Source: Gammaproteobacteria bacterium (lineage in GTDB: Bacteria > Pseudomonadota > Gammaproteobacteria > Eutrophobiales > Eutrophobiaceae). Taken from it: a DNA stretch of 64,000 nucleotides. Below the pieces are notes generated by a model. That model was not told the DNA's origin and ran no database searches. It saw only the letters and a program-made list of their open reading frames with translations. Of the stretch, positions 10,496-21,388 are shown piece after piece. The position numbers were made by a program, and so were the translations under genes. Each line of letters opens with the position of its first letter. The stretch's first letter is position 1. The DNA lies in assembly GCA_965116495.1 (NCBI GenBank), contig OZ220696.1:768001-832000 (forward strand), read 5' to 3'.

Positions 10496-11404
10496 GTGGA
10501 GGGGCTTGGCAACTACCTGTTGAAAACTCGCATTCATGCGATTTTGACCGTCAGTGCATTGACCATATTGTCGGTATTCATATCACCCTTATCCTATTTT
10601 ATCAGTGGCGCACCGATGGGACTGGTGGCTCTGCGCAAAGGCTACCTTACCGGTTTGCAGGTTGCTGCAGGCTGCTTGTTACTGATTGCGCTGATGGCAA
10701 TGGCACTCAGCGTACAACCGCGAATTCCGGTTGCCTACATGGTATCTGTCTGGCTGCCTGTAATCCTGTGCGCCGGCATACTGAGAAGAACGCATTCCCA
10801 GGGCTTGATGGTTCTGGGCGCCGGCATGACAGGCATGTTGTTTACTGCTTATATACATTTTGTACTGGAAGATATCCGGGGCTGGTGGCAGGAGTGGTTT
10901 GACAGCTGGAAACAATATGCGACATCTGACCAGGCCGCGCAACAGCTTGAACAGGTATACCAGTTTATCAGTCCGCTGCTTTCGGTATTTATCGCGTCAG
11001 GCTTTGTTATCAGTCTTATTACCACCTTGCTGCTGGCGCGTTGGTGGCAGTCGCGGTTGTTTAATCCCGGCGGTTTCAGGAAAGAGTTTTACTCATTGAG
11101 ACTGCCTCGTATCCTGGTGTTTCCCACACTGCTGGGCCTGTTTGCACTGATGCTTGCGCCTGATAATGCGTCCATAGCGCTCCGGGACGGGGTGATACTG
11201 ATGCTGGTTCTTTACCTGTACCAGGGGCTGTCAGTCATACACGGATTTTTATATCACAGGGCCTTTTCCAGGTTCTGGTTGACCGGTATGTATGCGGGGT
11301 TTTTCCTTTTGCCCCATGCCATTCTGTTGTTTGTGAGTTGTGCCGGGATCGTAAACGCCTGCCTGGGAAAAGAGCAGTCACAGATCACGGATAAGAACGT
11401 ATGA
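10496..11404 (+). CDS. DUF2232/YybS-like membrane protein
   Basis: Multi-pass membrane protein with LARWWQSRLFNPGGFRKEF motif; conserved position between rpsR and rplI. Confidence 0.85.
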   Translation: MEGLGNYLLKTRIHAILTVSALTILSVFISPLSYFISGAPMGLVALRKGYLTGLQVAAGCLLLIALMAMALSVQPRIPVAYMVSVWLPVILCAGILRRTHSQGLMVLGAGMTGMLFTAYIHFVLEDIRGWWQEWFDSWKQYATSDQAAQQLEQVYQFISPLLSVFIASGFVISLITTLLLARWWQSRLFNPGGFRKEFYSLRLPRILVFPTLLGLFALMLAPDNASIALRDGVILMLVLYLYQGLSVIHGFLYHRAFSRFWLTGMYAGFFLLPHAILLFVSCAGIVNACLGKEQSQITDKNV

Positions 11405-11440
11405 TTATGCTATGATTAACTGTAAATTCGGAGTGGAGCA

Positions 11441-11905
11441 ATGCAGGTAATATTACTGGAAAAGATCGCGAAACTGGGTGAACTTGGACAGCAGGTCCAC
11501 GTTAAGCCTGGATATGGAAGAAACTTCCTTATCCCCAGTGGAAAGGCGGTACCGGCTACACCGGGGAATATAGAAAAATTCGAGGCACAAAGGGCCGAAC
11601 TGGAAAATGCGCAGGAACAGGTTCTGGCCGCTGCGCAAACCAGGGCTGAAAAACTCAATGCTCTGGAGGTCACCCTGCTTAGAAAAACCGTATCAGAAGA
11701 CAGGTTATACGGTTCGGTAGGCGCAAGCGATATCGTAGCTGCTGTTGTCGAGGCCGGCCTGGAAGTCACCAAGCATGAAATCAGGTTGCCTGACGGGCCG
11801 TTCAGGACTTTGGGGGAATATGAGGTTGAACTGCATTTACATGCGGACGTTAATGTGCACATAAAGCTGAACATAGCCGCAGAACAAGCCGCAGCCGAGG
11901 ATTGA
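11441..11905 (+). CDS. rplI: 50S ribosomal protein L9
   Basis: MQVILLE...VKPGYGRNFLIP; LYGSV. Confidence 0.98.
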   Translation: MQVILLEKIAKLGELGQQVHVKPGYGRNFLIPSGKAVPATPGNIEKFEAQRAELENAQEQVLAAAQTRAEKLNALEVTLLRKTVSEDRLYGSVGASDIVAAVVEAGLEVTKHEIRLPDGPFRTLGEYEVELHLHADVNVHIKLNIAAEQAAAED

Positions 11906-12021
11906 TCCGGATCCACATCCCCCGGGGGATAATGAACCTGTAACAGGTTCAGACAATAAAATTGAACCGGCTCACCGGATATCGCTGGTGCCGGATGCAA
12001 CGGGAATAATTCCTGACCGAG

Positions 12022-13416
12022 ATGATAGAACCCGCATATACCATGGCAGATCCGGAAACTAGGGCGCTGAAGATTCCGCCGCACTCCATTGAAGCCGAAC
12101 AGTCAGTCCTGGGCGGACTTTTTTTGGATAAGGATGCATTGCTGAAGGTCGTTGAACGGGTGCGGGCAGATGACTTTTACCGTCAGGATCACAGGATCAT
12201 ATTTAATGCCGTCATTGCCCTGGATGACAATGGAAAACCGTTTGATCTCGTAACGGTTGCCGAATGGCTGGAATCCCACCAGCAACTGGATGACGCCGGC
12301 GGTTTATCCTATCTGGCCGAACTGGCCGAGAATACCCCCAGCGCCAGCAACGTTGGCGTTTATGCGGATATCGTACGTAAACGTTCTGTACTCAGGCAAC
12401 TGATTTCCGCCACCGTAAATATCAATGAAACCGTTTTTAATCCCAAGGGGCTGAGCAGTGAGCAGGTCCTTGATTTTGCCGAACAGGCTGTATTTGAAAT
12501 AGCCGAACAGGAAAACAGGGGGAGACGAGCGTATCAAAACATTAAGGACTTGCTGGTCGGCGCCCTGGACAGGGTGGATGAGCTGTACCGTAAAAAAACC
12601 CCCATTACCGGTATTGCAACCGGGTTTGACGATTTCGATGAGCGGACTGCCGGATTGCAGAAATCCGACCTGATTATCGTTGCCGGCAGGCCCTCAATGG
12701 GGAAAACGGCATTTGCCATCAATATAGCCGAGCACGCCGCTATAAAGGAAGAGTTGTCGGTAGCTGTCTTCAGCATGGAAATGCCGGGCGAACAACTGGC
12801 CATGCGGATGATGTCGTCGCTGGGCCGGGTGGACCAGCACAAGGTTCGCACAGGGAAATTGCAGGATGAGGACTGGCCGCGCCTTACCTCCGCAGTGACG
12901 CTGTTGAAAGATAAAACCCTGTTTGTCGATGATACGCCGGCCTTGACGCCGGCAGAACTGCGGGCAAGATGCCGGCGCATTGCCAGGGAATATAAACTGG
13001 ACCTGATCATTATAGATTACCTGCAGTTAATGCAGATTCCGAACACATCCGAGAACCGGGCCACTGAAATTTCCGAGATATCCCGCTCCCTGAAAGCCAT
13101 GGCCAAGGAACTCAACGTACCTGTCGTTGCCTTATCCCAGTTGAACCGCAGTCTTGAGCAGCGCCCCAATAAACGGCCGGTCATGTCCGATCTGCGTGAA
13201 TCCGGCGCTATCGAACAGGATGCCGATGTCATCGTATTTATCTACCGGGATGAAGTCTATAATGAGGACACTATGGACAAGGGCGTTGCGGAAATTATCA
13301 TAGGTAAACAACGCAACGGTCCCATCGGCACGGTGAAACTGGCATTCCTCGGCCAGTACACCCGCTTCGAAGACTACATAGAAGAAACCTCGTACATGTC
13401 GGGCAGAGGTGAATGA
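12022..13416 (+). CDS. dnaB: Replicative DNA helicase
   Basis: PPHSIEAEQSVLG, GRPSMGKT, DYLQL and SDLRESGAIEQDAD; no intein. Confidence 0.99.
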   Translation: MIEPAYTMADPETRALKIPPHSIEAEQSVLGGLFLDKDALLKVVERVRADDFYRQDHRIIFNAVIALDDNGKPFDLVTVAEWLESHQQLDDAGGLSYLAELAENTPSASNVGVYADIVRKRSVLRQLISATVNINETVFNPKGLSSEQVLDFAEQAVFEIAEQENRGRRAYQNIKDLLVGALDRVDELYRKKTPITGIATGFDDFDERTAGLQKSDLIIVAGRPSMGKTAFAINIAEHAAIKEELSVAVFSMEMPGEQLAMRMMSSLGRVDQHKVRTGKLQDEDWPRLTSAVTLLKDKTLFVDDTPALTPAELRARCRRIAREYKLDLIIIDYLQLMQIPNTSENRATEISEISRSLKAMAKELNVPVVALSQLNRSLEQRPNKRPVMSDLRESGAIEQDADVIVFIYRDEVYNEDTMDKGVAEIIIGKQRNGPIGTVKLAFLGQYTRFEDYIEETSYMSGRGE

Positions 13417-14501
13417 CCCGGCCTGCCAGGGTAATCATTGACCTTGATGCGTTACGCCATAACTTGTCGAGAGTCAGGCATTATGCCCCTAACAGCAAAA
13501 TCATGGCTATCGTCAAAGCTGATGCCTATGGACACGGCATTACCCGGGTAGCCCGGGTACTGGCGGGTGCCGACAGCTTTGGTGTTGCCTGCCTGGAAGA
13601 GGCCCGGCAGCTGAGGGAAGCGGGAATCGAGAAAAAAATCCTGTTGCTTGAAGGGCCCTACGCCGAAGCAGAGATAGCAGATATTCAACATTTCCGCCTT
13701 GATATGGTTATTCATGACTGGCACCAGGTCGGCCTGCTGGATACTGCAACCATCACTTCTCCCGTCAATGTCTGGTTAAAGATTGACAGCGGCATGCACC
13801 GCCTGGGCTTTGCTCCGTCAGAAGTCGGCGAGGTCTGGGGAATACTGCGTCAGCATAAAAGGGTGACTGGGAATGTCCGCTTTATCACACACCTGGCTTG
13901 CGCGAATGAAAAGGACAATGCCATGACCCGGCAGCAGACCGATGTTTTTTTAACCGCAACAAGGCCATACCCGGCCGAGAGATCCCTGGCTAATTCGGCG
14001 GCGGTTATTACCTCGCAGGAGTATTGTCTGGATTGGGTAAGACCCGGTTTGATGCTATACGGAGTATCGCCGATTGACGGACAGGCCGGATCTGAGTTTG
14101 AACTTAATCCAGTGATGACACTGGAATCCGCCCTTATATCCGTTAAACACCTTAAACGCGGTGAGCCGGTCGGTTACGGAGCAAGCTGGCGCTGCCCCGA
14201 AGACATGCCCGTAGGTGTAGTCGCCGCAGGCTATGGGGACGGATACCCGCGCAACGCAAGAACCGGCACACCGATACTGGTGAAGGGGAAGCCGTGCGCC
14301 CTGATCGGCAAACCGTCCATGGATATGATCACCCTTGACCTGCGTGGTTGTCCGGAAGCCAGGACGGGCGATACCGTTTTATTGTGGGGCAAGGGTCTGC
14401 CCATTGAAGAAACCGCTGCCCACGCGGATACGGTCCCATATGAATTGCTGTGCGGGGTACACAAACGCCTGGAGTTTATTGCTCATGGCCGGCAAGGTTA
14501 A
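13413..14501 (+). CDS. alr: Alanine racemase
   Basis: VKADAYGHG PLP-lysine motif, DSGMHRLG, GYGDG. Confidence 0.97.
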   Translation: MTRPARVIIDLDALRHNLSRVRHYAPNSKIMAIVKADAYGHGITRVARVLAGADSFGVACLEEARQLREAGIEKKILLLEGPYAEAEIADIQHFRLDMVIHDWHQVGLLDTATITSPVNVWLKIDSGMHRLGFAPSEVGEVWGILRQHKRVTGNVRFITHLACANEKDNAMTRQQTDVFLTATRPYPAERSLANSAAVITSQEYCLDWVRPGLMLYGVSPIDGQAGSEFELNPVMTLESALISVKHLKRGEPVGYGASWRCPEDMPVGVVAAGYGDGYPRNARTGTPILVKGKPCALIGKPSMDMITLDLRGCPEARTGDTVLLWGKGLPIEETAAHADTVPYELLCGVHKRLEFIAHGRQG

Positions 14502-14553
14502 CCCGCATATCTCACCAATTCGCTTGGGGGAAGACTGGAACTGATGGTGAAAT

Positions 14554-15927
14554 ATGCGGGTCAAAACACGGTACCAGTGTAACGAATGTGGCGCCGTCAC
14601 GCCCAAATGGACCGGACAATGCGCTGATTGCAGTGCCTGGAACACATTAAGCGAGGTTACGGTTGAAACAAAGACCCCGGTTAATGAACGGTTTCAATCC
14701 CATGGTGTGACCCAGGCAGAAGTCCGCAAGCTGGACGAGGTAGACCTGGTGAAACAGGCGCGCACGACAACCGGGTCGGCAGAATTCGATCGCGCACTGG
14801 GCGGTGGACTGGTCGGCGGTTCCGTAATCCTGCTGGGTGGCGATCCGGGCATAGGTAAATCCACCCTGCTGCTCCAGGTGCTCTCGGCCCTGGCCGAAAA
14901 TGAGAGGCTCGATACCTTGTACGTAAGCGGAGAAGAGTCCATGGAACAGATAAGCCTGCGCGCGGACAGGCTGGGTCTGCCGGCAACCGGATTGTTCGTC
15001 CTGGCTGAAAACCAGTTGGAAAATATCTTTGCTGCTGCAAGCAATCACAAGCCAAAGGTACTGGTGGTTGATTCTATCCAGACCGTATTTTCAGAGGCAC
15101 TGCAATCTGCTCCCGGATCTGTTGCTCAAGTACGCGAGTGTGCAGCCAGGCTTGTGCGATTTGCCAAACAGACGCAAACGACAGTTTTCCTGGTCGGGCA
15201 TGTAACGAAGGAGGGTTCCCTGGCGGGACCCCGGGTACTGGAGCATGTAGTCGATACGGTGTTGTATTTCGAGGGAGACAGCAACAGCCGTTACCGGATG
15301 ATCCGATCAGTCAAGAACCGTTACGGGGCCGTCAATGAGCTTGGCGTTTTTGCCATGACCGATAAAGGACTGCGCGAGGTCAATAACCCGTCGGCCATTT
15401 TCCTTACAACCCAGGGTGAACCTGCGCCTGGGACTGCCATACTTGTAACCCGCGAGGGGAGTCGTCCATTGCTGGTTGAAGTTCAGGCACTTGTAGACCC
15501 ATCCTACGGCAATCAACCGCGCCGGGTAACCGTGGGCCTGGAACAAAACCGGCTGTCCATGTTGCTGGCGGTATTACACAGACATGCGGGTATTGTCACC
15601 TATGATCAGGACGTTTTCGTTAATGTTGTCGGTGGCGTTAAACTTACGGAAACTGCCGCGGACCTGGCTATCCTGACGGCGGTTCTGTCCAGCCTGCGGG
15701 ACCAACCTCTGGCTGATAACCTGATTATTTTCGGAGAAGTCGGCCTCACAGGTGAAATAAGACCTGTACAAGAGGGTCAGGAACGATTGAAGGAAGCAAA
15801 AAAACACGGGTTTACCAGGGCCATCGTCCCCGTTGCCAACGCGCCGAAGAAAAAGAGCGGTCAAATTGAAATATACCCGGTCAGGCGCCTTAGTCAGGCG
15901 ATCGAAGCGCTTAAATCGATAGAGTAG
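14554..15927 (+). CDS. radA: DNA repair protein RadA/Sms
   Basis: N-terminal C4 zinc finger, GDPGIGKS, KNRYG motif, Lon-like C-terminus. Confidence 0.98.
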   Translation: MRVKTRYQCNECGAVTPKWTGQCADCSAWNTLSEVTVETKTPVNERFQSHGVTQAEVRKLDEVDLVKQARTTTGSAEFDRALGGGLVGGSVILLGGDPGIGKSTLLLQVLSALAENERLDTLYVSGEESMEQISLRADRLGLPATGLFVLAENQLENIFAAASNHKPKVLVVDSIQTVFSEALQSAPGSVAQVRECAARLVRFAKQTQTTVFLVGHVTKEGSLAGPRVLEHVVDTVLYFEGDSNSRYRMIRSVKNRYGAVNELGVFAMTDKGLREVNNPSAIFLTTQGEPAPGTAILVTREGSRPLLVEVQALVDPSYGNQPRRVTVGLEQNRLSMLLAVLHRHAGIVTYDQDVFVNVVGGVKLTETAADLAILTAVLSSLRDQPLADNLIIFGEVGLTGEIRPVQEGQERLKEAKKHGFTRAIVPVANAPKKKSGQIEIYPVRRLSQAIEALKSIE

Positions 15928-16025
15928 GATTTGTGGGGCTGAGTAAAAATACCTGATAGTACAGCAACACAATCTGCCGGATTGGTCGTATTTTACTCTG
16001 ACCCCGGGTATCCGGCAGGAGAGGA

Positions 16026-17507
16026 TCATTCAGTTTCCGCGACCAGGTGGGCTTGTATCTCCGTTGTTATTTCCCGGGACTGTCGGATCTCCTCACCCGA
16101 TAGTTCCTGCAGTAAGAAATCCCGCCGGTGGATATCCATCCGGTTGCCGGTCTCAGCCAGTAGATTGTACCAGGCAAGTGCCAGAGGCTTGTTTTGTTCG
16201 ATACTTTCCTGGCCATCCAGATATATTACTGCCAGGCTGCGTTGTGCGATGGTATGACCCTGCCTGGCTGATTTTTCATACCATTCAACAGCCTTGGTTA
16301 AATCTTTACCGGTCCCGTTACCGTTGGCATAAGCCACGCCCAGGCGATACTGGGCCGGGGCATAACCCTGTTGTGCTGACCTGGTAAAATGGTCAAAGGC
16401 TTTTAATATATCCTGCTCGAGGGTATCGCCTGTGGCGTAAGCCATACCCAGTTCGTAATTGGACACGGCGCTTGAGCCACCCAAGGGGGCAGGGCGTTGT
16501 GTTGTTGTCGAATCTGCGCTTTCCACCGTATCGGGTTTATCGCCGCCTGTCCCAGTCTGCTCCACAGCGGCAGCGGGTTTCTCTTCTTCCACATCATCCT
16601 TGCTGAACAGTCGAGAGAAAAAACCTTTTTTACTGCCTTTGGAGGCGGATGAACCGGCTTCCTCCTGATCCTTGACCAAAGCGATTTTCGTCTCGCTGCG
16701 TTCAGCCGGCGGTTGTGGAGCAGGTATGTCTTCCGGTGCCTGCGGTTCCTGTTCAGACCTGACAGGCTGCGCCGCGGTTTTATCGCCCCTGTTGAATATG
16801 CGTTTGAAGAAACCGCGTTTTTCTTTCTTTCCCCCGGCAGCAGTTCTGTCCGGCGCCTTGAGGGGTGGCAGAGAGGCTGCCTCGCGCTCCAGTACCTCGC
16901 TGGTCTTTGCCGTACTGATGCGCTGCAGGCTGGACAGGTTGCTTCTTGCATCCCCATGGCCTTGCTGTGCGGCTTTTTCATACCAGTGCGCAGCTTCGCT
17001 GTCACTCTGTCGCACACCTTCTCCCATCAGGTACATATTGCCAAGGCGATATTGAGCTTCAGCATATCCTAGTTCGGCCGCGCGGGCATACCAGCGCGAT
17101 GCCCGTATCACATCAGCTTCAACGCCTGCGCCACGATGATACAGTGCGCCCAGCTCATACTGGGCATGCGCATGGTCCTGTAAGGCAAGAGAGTAAAACA
17201 GGTCATAGGCGATATCGAACTCCTGGTTTTGCAATGCAGTGTTGGCTGCGGTCATTGTCTCGGCATCCATACCGGTTTGATCGGGATCCATAACTGCGCC
17301 GATATTTTCATCAGTTGCGGTTGCTTCAGGGATTTTCTCGTCATCCGGCTCCGCAGTGATTGTTTCCCCATCTTCATCCTCCTCCAGCAGCAGATCAGGG
17401 TCGATGATTTCATAGTCGCTATCGTCAGCGCCATTGGCAGGATTGACTCCGAGGGCAAGGATAATGAGAAAACAGATGGCGGGTGAATATCGGATCATGA
17501 GTGACAC
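16026..17507 (-). CDS. Secreted Sel1-repeat protein with two repeat blocks and a disordered linker
   Basis: Signal peptide; several AQYxLGxxYxxGxGV...AxxWYxKAAxQG repeats. Confidence 0.88.
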   Translation of the reverse strand: MSLMIRYSPAICFLIILALGVNPANGADDSDYEIIDPDLLLEEDEDGETITAEPDDEKIPEATATDENIGAVMDPDQTGMDAETMTAANTALQNQEFDIAYDLFYSLALQDHAHAQYELGALYHRGAGVEADVIRASRWYARAAELGYAEAQYRLGNMYLMGEGVRQSDSEAAHWYEKAAQQGHGDARSNLSSLQRISTAKTSEVLEREAASLPPLKAPDRTAAGGKKEKRGFFKRIFNRGDKTAAQPVRSEQEPQAPEDIPAPQPPAERSETKIALVKDQEEAGSSASKGSKKGFFSRLFSKDDVEEEKPAAAVEQTGTGGDKPDTVESADSTTTQRPAPLGGSSAVSNYELGMAYATGDTLEQDILKAFDHFTRSAQQGYAPAQYRLGVAYANGNGTGKDLTKAVEWYEKSARQGHTIAQRSLAVIYLDGQESIEQNKPLALAWYNLLAETGNRMDIHRRDFLLQELSGEEIRQSREITTEIQAHLVAETE

Positions 17508-17556
17508 ATATGTACTATTTTAATATGCTGCATATTGTAGTAAAAAACTCCATAAA

Positions 17557-18645
17557 ATGACACAGGGTCTCATGGATAATCGCAAGATCATTCATATAGA
17601 TATGGATGCATATTATGCCTCGGTCGAACAGCGGGACAACCCCGGGTACCGGGGCAGACCGGTAATTGTAGGGGGCGCCCCGGAACGCCGCGGGGTTGTG
17701 GCTGCGTGCAGTTACGAGGCAAGAAAATTCGGCATTCACTCGGCCATGCCTTCGGCCAGGGCGGTGAAACTGTGTCCACGGGCAATATTCATTAAACCGA
17801 GATTTGATGTCTATCGCCGTATCTCGGAGCAAATCAGGGCAATATTTCGTGAATATACAGACCTTGTTGAACCCCTGTCCCTGGATGAGGCCTACCTGGA
17901 TGTAAGCGATTGTAAATTATACCAGGGTTCTGCGACGCGTATTGCCCGGGAACTCAAAGCGAAAATCAAGGCTGCAACGGGCCTGACCGCGTCGGCAGGC
18001 GTATCCTACAATAAATTCCTGGCCAAAATTTCATCAGACATGGATAAACCTGACGGTCTTTACGTGGTGACCCCGGACGCAGGTGAAGCCTTCGTCGAGA
18101 GTCTTCCCATAGGCCGGTTTTTTGGAGTCGGCAAGGCAACGGAAGCCAGGATGAAGAAACTGAATATTAGCACTGGCGCTGATCTCAAGTTGCTCAATCA
18201 AGAACAATTGCGTCGGCATTTTGGAAAGACCGGTGATTTTTATTACCACATTGCCCGGGGCATAGACATGCGTCCGGTAAGCAACAGGCGGGAACGCAAG
18301 TCCATCAGCAGTGAGACGACATTCATGGAAGACTTGAGCGACAGGCAGGAGATGCTGAAGAGCCTGGATGCGCTTGCAGATGGCACGATACAAACCCTGA
18401 CAGAAAAACAGTTATCGGCAAGAACACTGACCATCAAGGTCAAATATGCAGACTTTCAACAGGTAACACGCAGCAAAACCCTCCCGGAACCTTTTGCCGC
18501 GGCTGTTCCAATCAGACCGGTTCTGGCTGAATTGCTGGCAAAGACCGACGCCGGTAAACGCCGGGTCAGGTTACTGGGGGTGGGGGTATCAAACCTGCAA
18601 CCACTGTCGGCCATGCAGACACAGCAACAGACCAACCTGCTGTAA
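17557..18645 (+). CDS. dinB: DNA polymerase IV
   Basis: HIDMDAYYASVE, SYEARKFG and SLDEAYLD; start may be the later ATG (MDNRK). Confidence 0.97.
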   Translation: MTQGLMDNRKIIHIDMDAYYASVEQRDNPGYRGRPVIVGGAPERRGVVAACSYEARKFGIHSAMPSARAVKLCPRAIFIKPRFDVYRRISEQIRAIFREYTDLVEPLSLDEAYLDVSDCKLYQGSATRIARELKAKIKAATGLTASAGVSYNKFLAKISSDMDKPDGLYVVTPDAGEAFVESLPIGRFFGVGKATEARMKKLNISTGADLKLLNQEQLRRHFGKTGDFYYHIARGIDMRPVSNRRERKSISSETTFMEDLSDRQEMLKSLDALADGTIQTLTEKQLSARTLTIKVKYADFQQVTRSKTLPEPFAAAVPIRPVLAELLAKTDAGKRRVRLLGVGVSNLQPLSAMQTQQQTNLL

Positions 18646-18837
18646 ACAGGGAGCCAGGCAATTTTGACGGGCCGTCCGAGGGTCGTTCGCTATCCACATG
18701 GCAGGTCGAATTCGCAGAAAACGTGATCTGCCCCCCCATGCATGATACTGTAATCATATCTCCGCTATTTTCAAACTGAAGGCGACCATGACGGTAAGCC
18801 CGCATTTCTCACCAGTTGATGCGATTATCGCGCCGGA

Positions 18838-19146
18838 TTTTTGCCGCCAGCGGGTGCCTGCGACCGAGAGCATAGCCGTAGTTGATGCGCCCCATCCTTG
18901 GGTCGCACTCTGCGAGCAACCTTCGGTCGTCCAAATCTGCTCCGGGCAGATTTGTCTGGTTGAGGGACAAATCGTCAGGATAGACGATTTGCACGGCGAC
19001 AGCCGCCCGAAGGGTAGCGCCCAGGAATGGGCGCAATGAGCACGTGCCCGCTGGCGGCAAAAAGACAAGCGAGACAAATCGGCAGGACAGCCGATTTGCA
19101 CAGCGACAGCTGCCCGAAGGGTTGCGTACAGGGATGGACGCAATGA
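18838..19146. mobile_element. Composite structured repeat: 17-bp terminal inverted repeats enclosing two oppositely oriented 74-bp multi-hairpin units, plus a third unit outside
   Basis: TTTTTGCCGCCAGCGGG (18838-18854) / CCCGCTGGCGGCAAAAA (19047-19063); units at 18883-18956 (-), 18966-19039 (+) and 19073-19146 (+). Confidence 0.75.
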
Positions 19147-19246
19147 ACGCATCAAGCGCAATCTGTTATGTTAATATGATGAGCGGATTGTCATAACGTA
19201 TTGACAGCAAATAACTATCCGATGACGACAAGCGAACTGGTGAGAA

Positions 19247-20650
19247 ATGCGGGCTAAGACACTCTATGACAAATTATGGGATGAACACCTGGTAAAGGAC
19301 TACGGTAATGGCGCCTGCCTGCTTTACATAGACCGACAGTTGGTGCATGAGGTGACATCACCCCAGGCATTTGAAGGACTGAGGCTGGCAGGACGCAAAC
19401 CCTGGCGCCGGTCAGCGAGTCTTGCCGTCCCTGATCACAACGTGCCCACACGGGACAGAGGCAGTATTAATGACCCCGTTTCAAGGAAACAACTGGATGC
19501 CCTGGACAGTAACGTCAGGGAATGGCGCATACCTTATTTTGAATTATTTGATGAGCGGCAGGGAATTGTACATGTTATCGGTCCCGAGCAGGGTGCTTCC
19601 CTGCCGGGTATGACTGTTGTCTGCGGGGATTCCCACACCACCACCAACGGTGCGCTGGCCGCCCTGGCGATCGGTATCGGCACATCCGAGGTGGAACATG
19701 TGCTGGCCACCCAGACCCTGGTAGCCAGAAAATCGAAAAACCTGCTCGTTAATGTTGTAAACAGGCTGGCTTCGGGTGTCACTGCCAAAGACCTGGTCCT
19801 GCATATCATCGGCAGGATCGGCACTGCGGGCGGCGTTGGGTTTGCAATTGAATTTGCCGGTGAAGGTGTTGCAACCCTGTCCATGGAGGGACGGATGACC
19901 TTGTGTAATATGGCCATTGAAGCCGGCGCCCGTACCGGACTTGTGGCCGCTGATGATACTACCGTCGACTATGTGAGGGGGCGTCCATACGCCCCGTCAG
20001 GAAGTGACTGGGACAACGCCGTGGCAGTCTGGAAGGACCTGCATAGCGATCCGGATGCCGTGTTTGACCGAAGCATCGAGATCGATGCCGAACAGGTGCA
20101 GCCCTGTGTAACCTGGGGTACTTCACCGGAGATGGTGGCGTCAATCGAAGATGAGGTCCCGGACCCGGCCGGCGAAGCTGATCCGGTAAAACGGGAAGGC
20201 ATGCAGAACGCCCTGGCATATATGGACCTGGTTCCGGGTACGCCCATACGTGAAATCAGGCCGGATAAGGTATTTATCGGTTCCTGTACAAATTCACGTA
20301 TTGAGGACCTTAGAGAAGCCGCCCGTGTGGTCGCCGGCAAGCAGGTCGCGGGCAGTGTTAAACAGGCCCTGGTCGTCCCGGGTTCCGGGCTGGTTAAGCG
20401 TCAGGCGGAGACGGAGGGACTGGATGTGATTTTCACGGATGCCGGCTTTGAATGGCGCGAACCGGGTTGTTCCATGTGCCTGGGGATGAATGAAGACAGG
20501 TTGAGCGCAGGGGAACGCTGCGCATCCACCTCAAATCGTAATTTCGAGGGGCGCCAGGGCGCGGGGGGACGTACGCACCTCGTCAGCCCCGCCATGGCAG
20601 CTGCTGCGGGCATAGCAGGTCATTTTATCGACGTGCGCGACCTGCATTAA
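19247..20650 (+). CDS. leuC: 3-isopropylmalate dehydratase large subunit
   Basis: [44 protein letters not shown]. Confidence 0.98.
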   Translation: MRAKTLYDKLWDEHLVKDYGNGACLLYIDRQLVHEVTSPQAFEGLRLAGRKPWRRSASLAVPDHNVPTRDRGSINDPVSRKQLDALDSNVREWRIPYFELFDERQGIVHVIGPEQGASLPGMTVVCGDSHTTTNGALAALAIGIGTSEVEHVLATQTLVARKSKNLLVNVVNRLASGVTAKDLVLHIIGRIGTAGGVGFAIEFAGEGVATLSMEGRMTLCNMAIEAGARTGLVAADDTTVDYVRGRPYAPSGSDWDNAVAVWKDLHSDPDAVFDRSIEIDAEQVQPCVTWGTSPEMVASIEDEVPDPAGEADPVKREGMQNALAYMDLVPGTPIREIRPDKVFIGSCTNSRIEDLREAARVVAGKQVAGSVKQALVVPGSGLVKRQAETEGLDVIFTDAGFEWREPGCSMCLGMNEDRLSAGERCASTSNRNFEGRQGAGGRTHLVSPAMAAAAGIAGHFIDVRDLH

Positions 20651-20677
20651 TCACAATAATCCGTACATAATATAACC

Positions 20678-21325
20678 ATGCAAGCATTCACGACAATCGA
20701 TGGCCTGGTCGCACCCCTGGACCGATCCAACGTCGATACTGACGCAATGATTCCCAAGCAATTCCTGAAATCCATTCACCGAACCGGGTTTGGTCCAAAC
20801 CTGTTTGATGCCTGGCGCTATCTTGACGTGGGAGAACCGGAACAGGATAACAGCCAACGCCCGTTACGGAAGGATTTTATACTTAATATGCCGCGTTACC
20901 AGGGCGCGGAAATACTCCTGGCCCGGGAAAATTTCGGCTGTGGTTCATCCAGGGAACACGCTGTCTGGGCTTTATATGAATATGGTTTCCGTTGTGTTAT
21001 GGCGCCGAGTTTCGGTGACATCTTTTTCACTAATGCCGGCAAGAATGGTTTACTGACCATCATCCTTGCAGCACAACAGATCGATCGGCTGTTCAAGGAG
21101 GTCGCAGCCACTGAAGGATATCGACTTGAGGTTGACTTGCGCATGCAGGCGATTACAACTCCATCCGGCGAGAAACTGACATTTGATATCGAGCAGTCGC
21201 TCAAGCAGAGGCTGTTAATGGGCCTGGATGATATCGCTGTCACCTTGGAGAACAGTGATTTGATTCGGGATTATGAACGGCAACGGGCAAAAACAAGGCC
21301 ATGGCTGTTCCCGGACCTGAGCTGA
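20678..21325 (+). CDS. leuD: 3-isopropylmalate dehydratase small subunit
   Basis: [13 protein letters not shown]; [11 protein letters not shown]. Confidence 0.98.
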   Translation: MQAFTTIDGLVAPLDRSNVDTDAMIPKQFLKSIHRTGFGPNLFDAWRYLDVGEPEQDNSQRPLRKDFILNMPRYQGAEILLARENFGCGSSREHAVWALYEYGFRCVMAPSFGDIFFTNAGKNGLLTIILAAQQIDRLFKEVAATEGYRLEVDLRMQAITTPSGEKLTFDIEQSLKQRLLMGLDDIAVTLENSDLIRDYERQRAKTRPWLFPDLS

Positions 21326-21388
21326 GATATACAGGGGACGGACTTGAGCAGAGCTTCCTTTACCAATCAAAATTATTGAAGCGCTACC

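Noticed and set aside
12022-13416. Intein in DnaB
   Set aside because: Normal length (464 aa) with contiguous motifs.
18754-19161. Several overlapping ORFs between dinB and leuC
   Set aside because: They translate the structured repeat units and contain no recognisable protein motif.
19147-19246. Leucine attenuator upstream of leuC
   Set aside because: No Leu-rich leader peptide or terminator hairpin with a U-tract.
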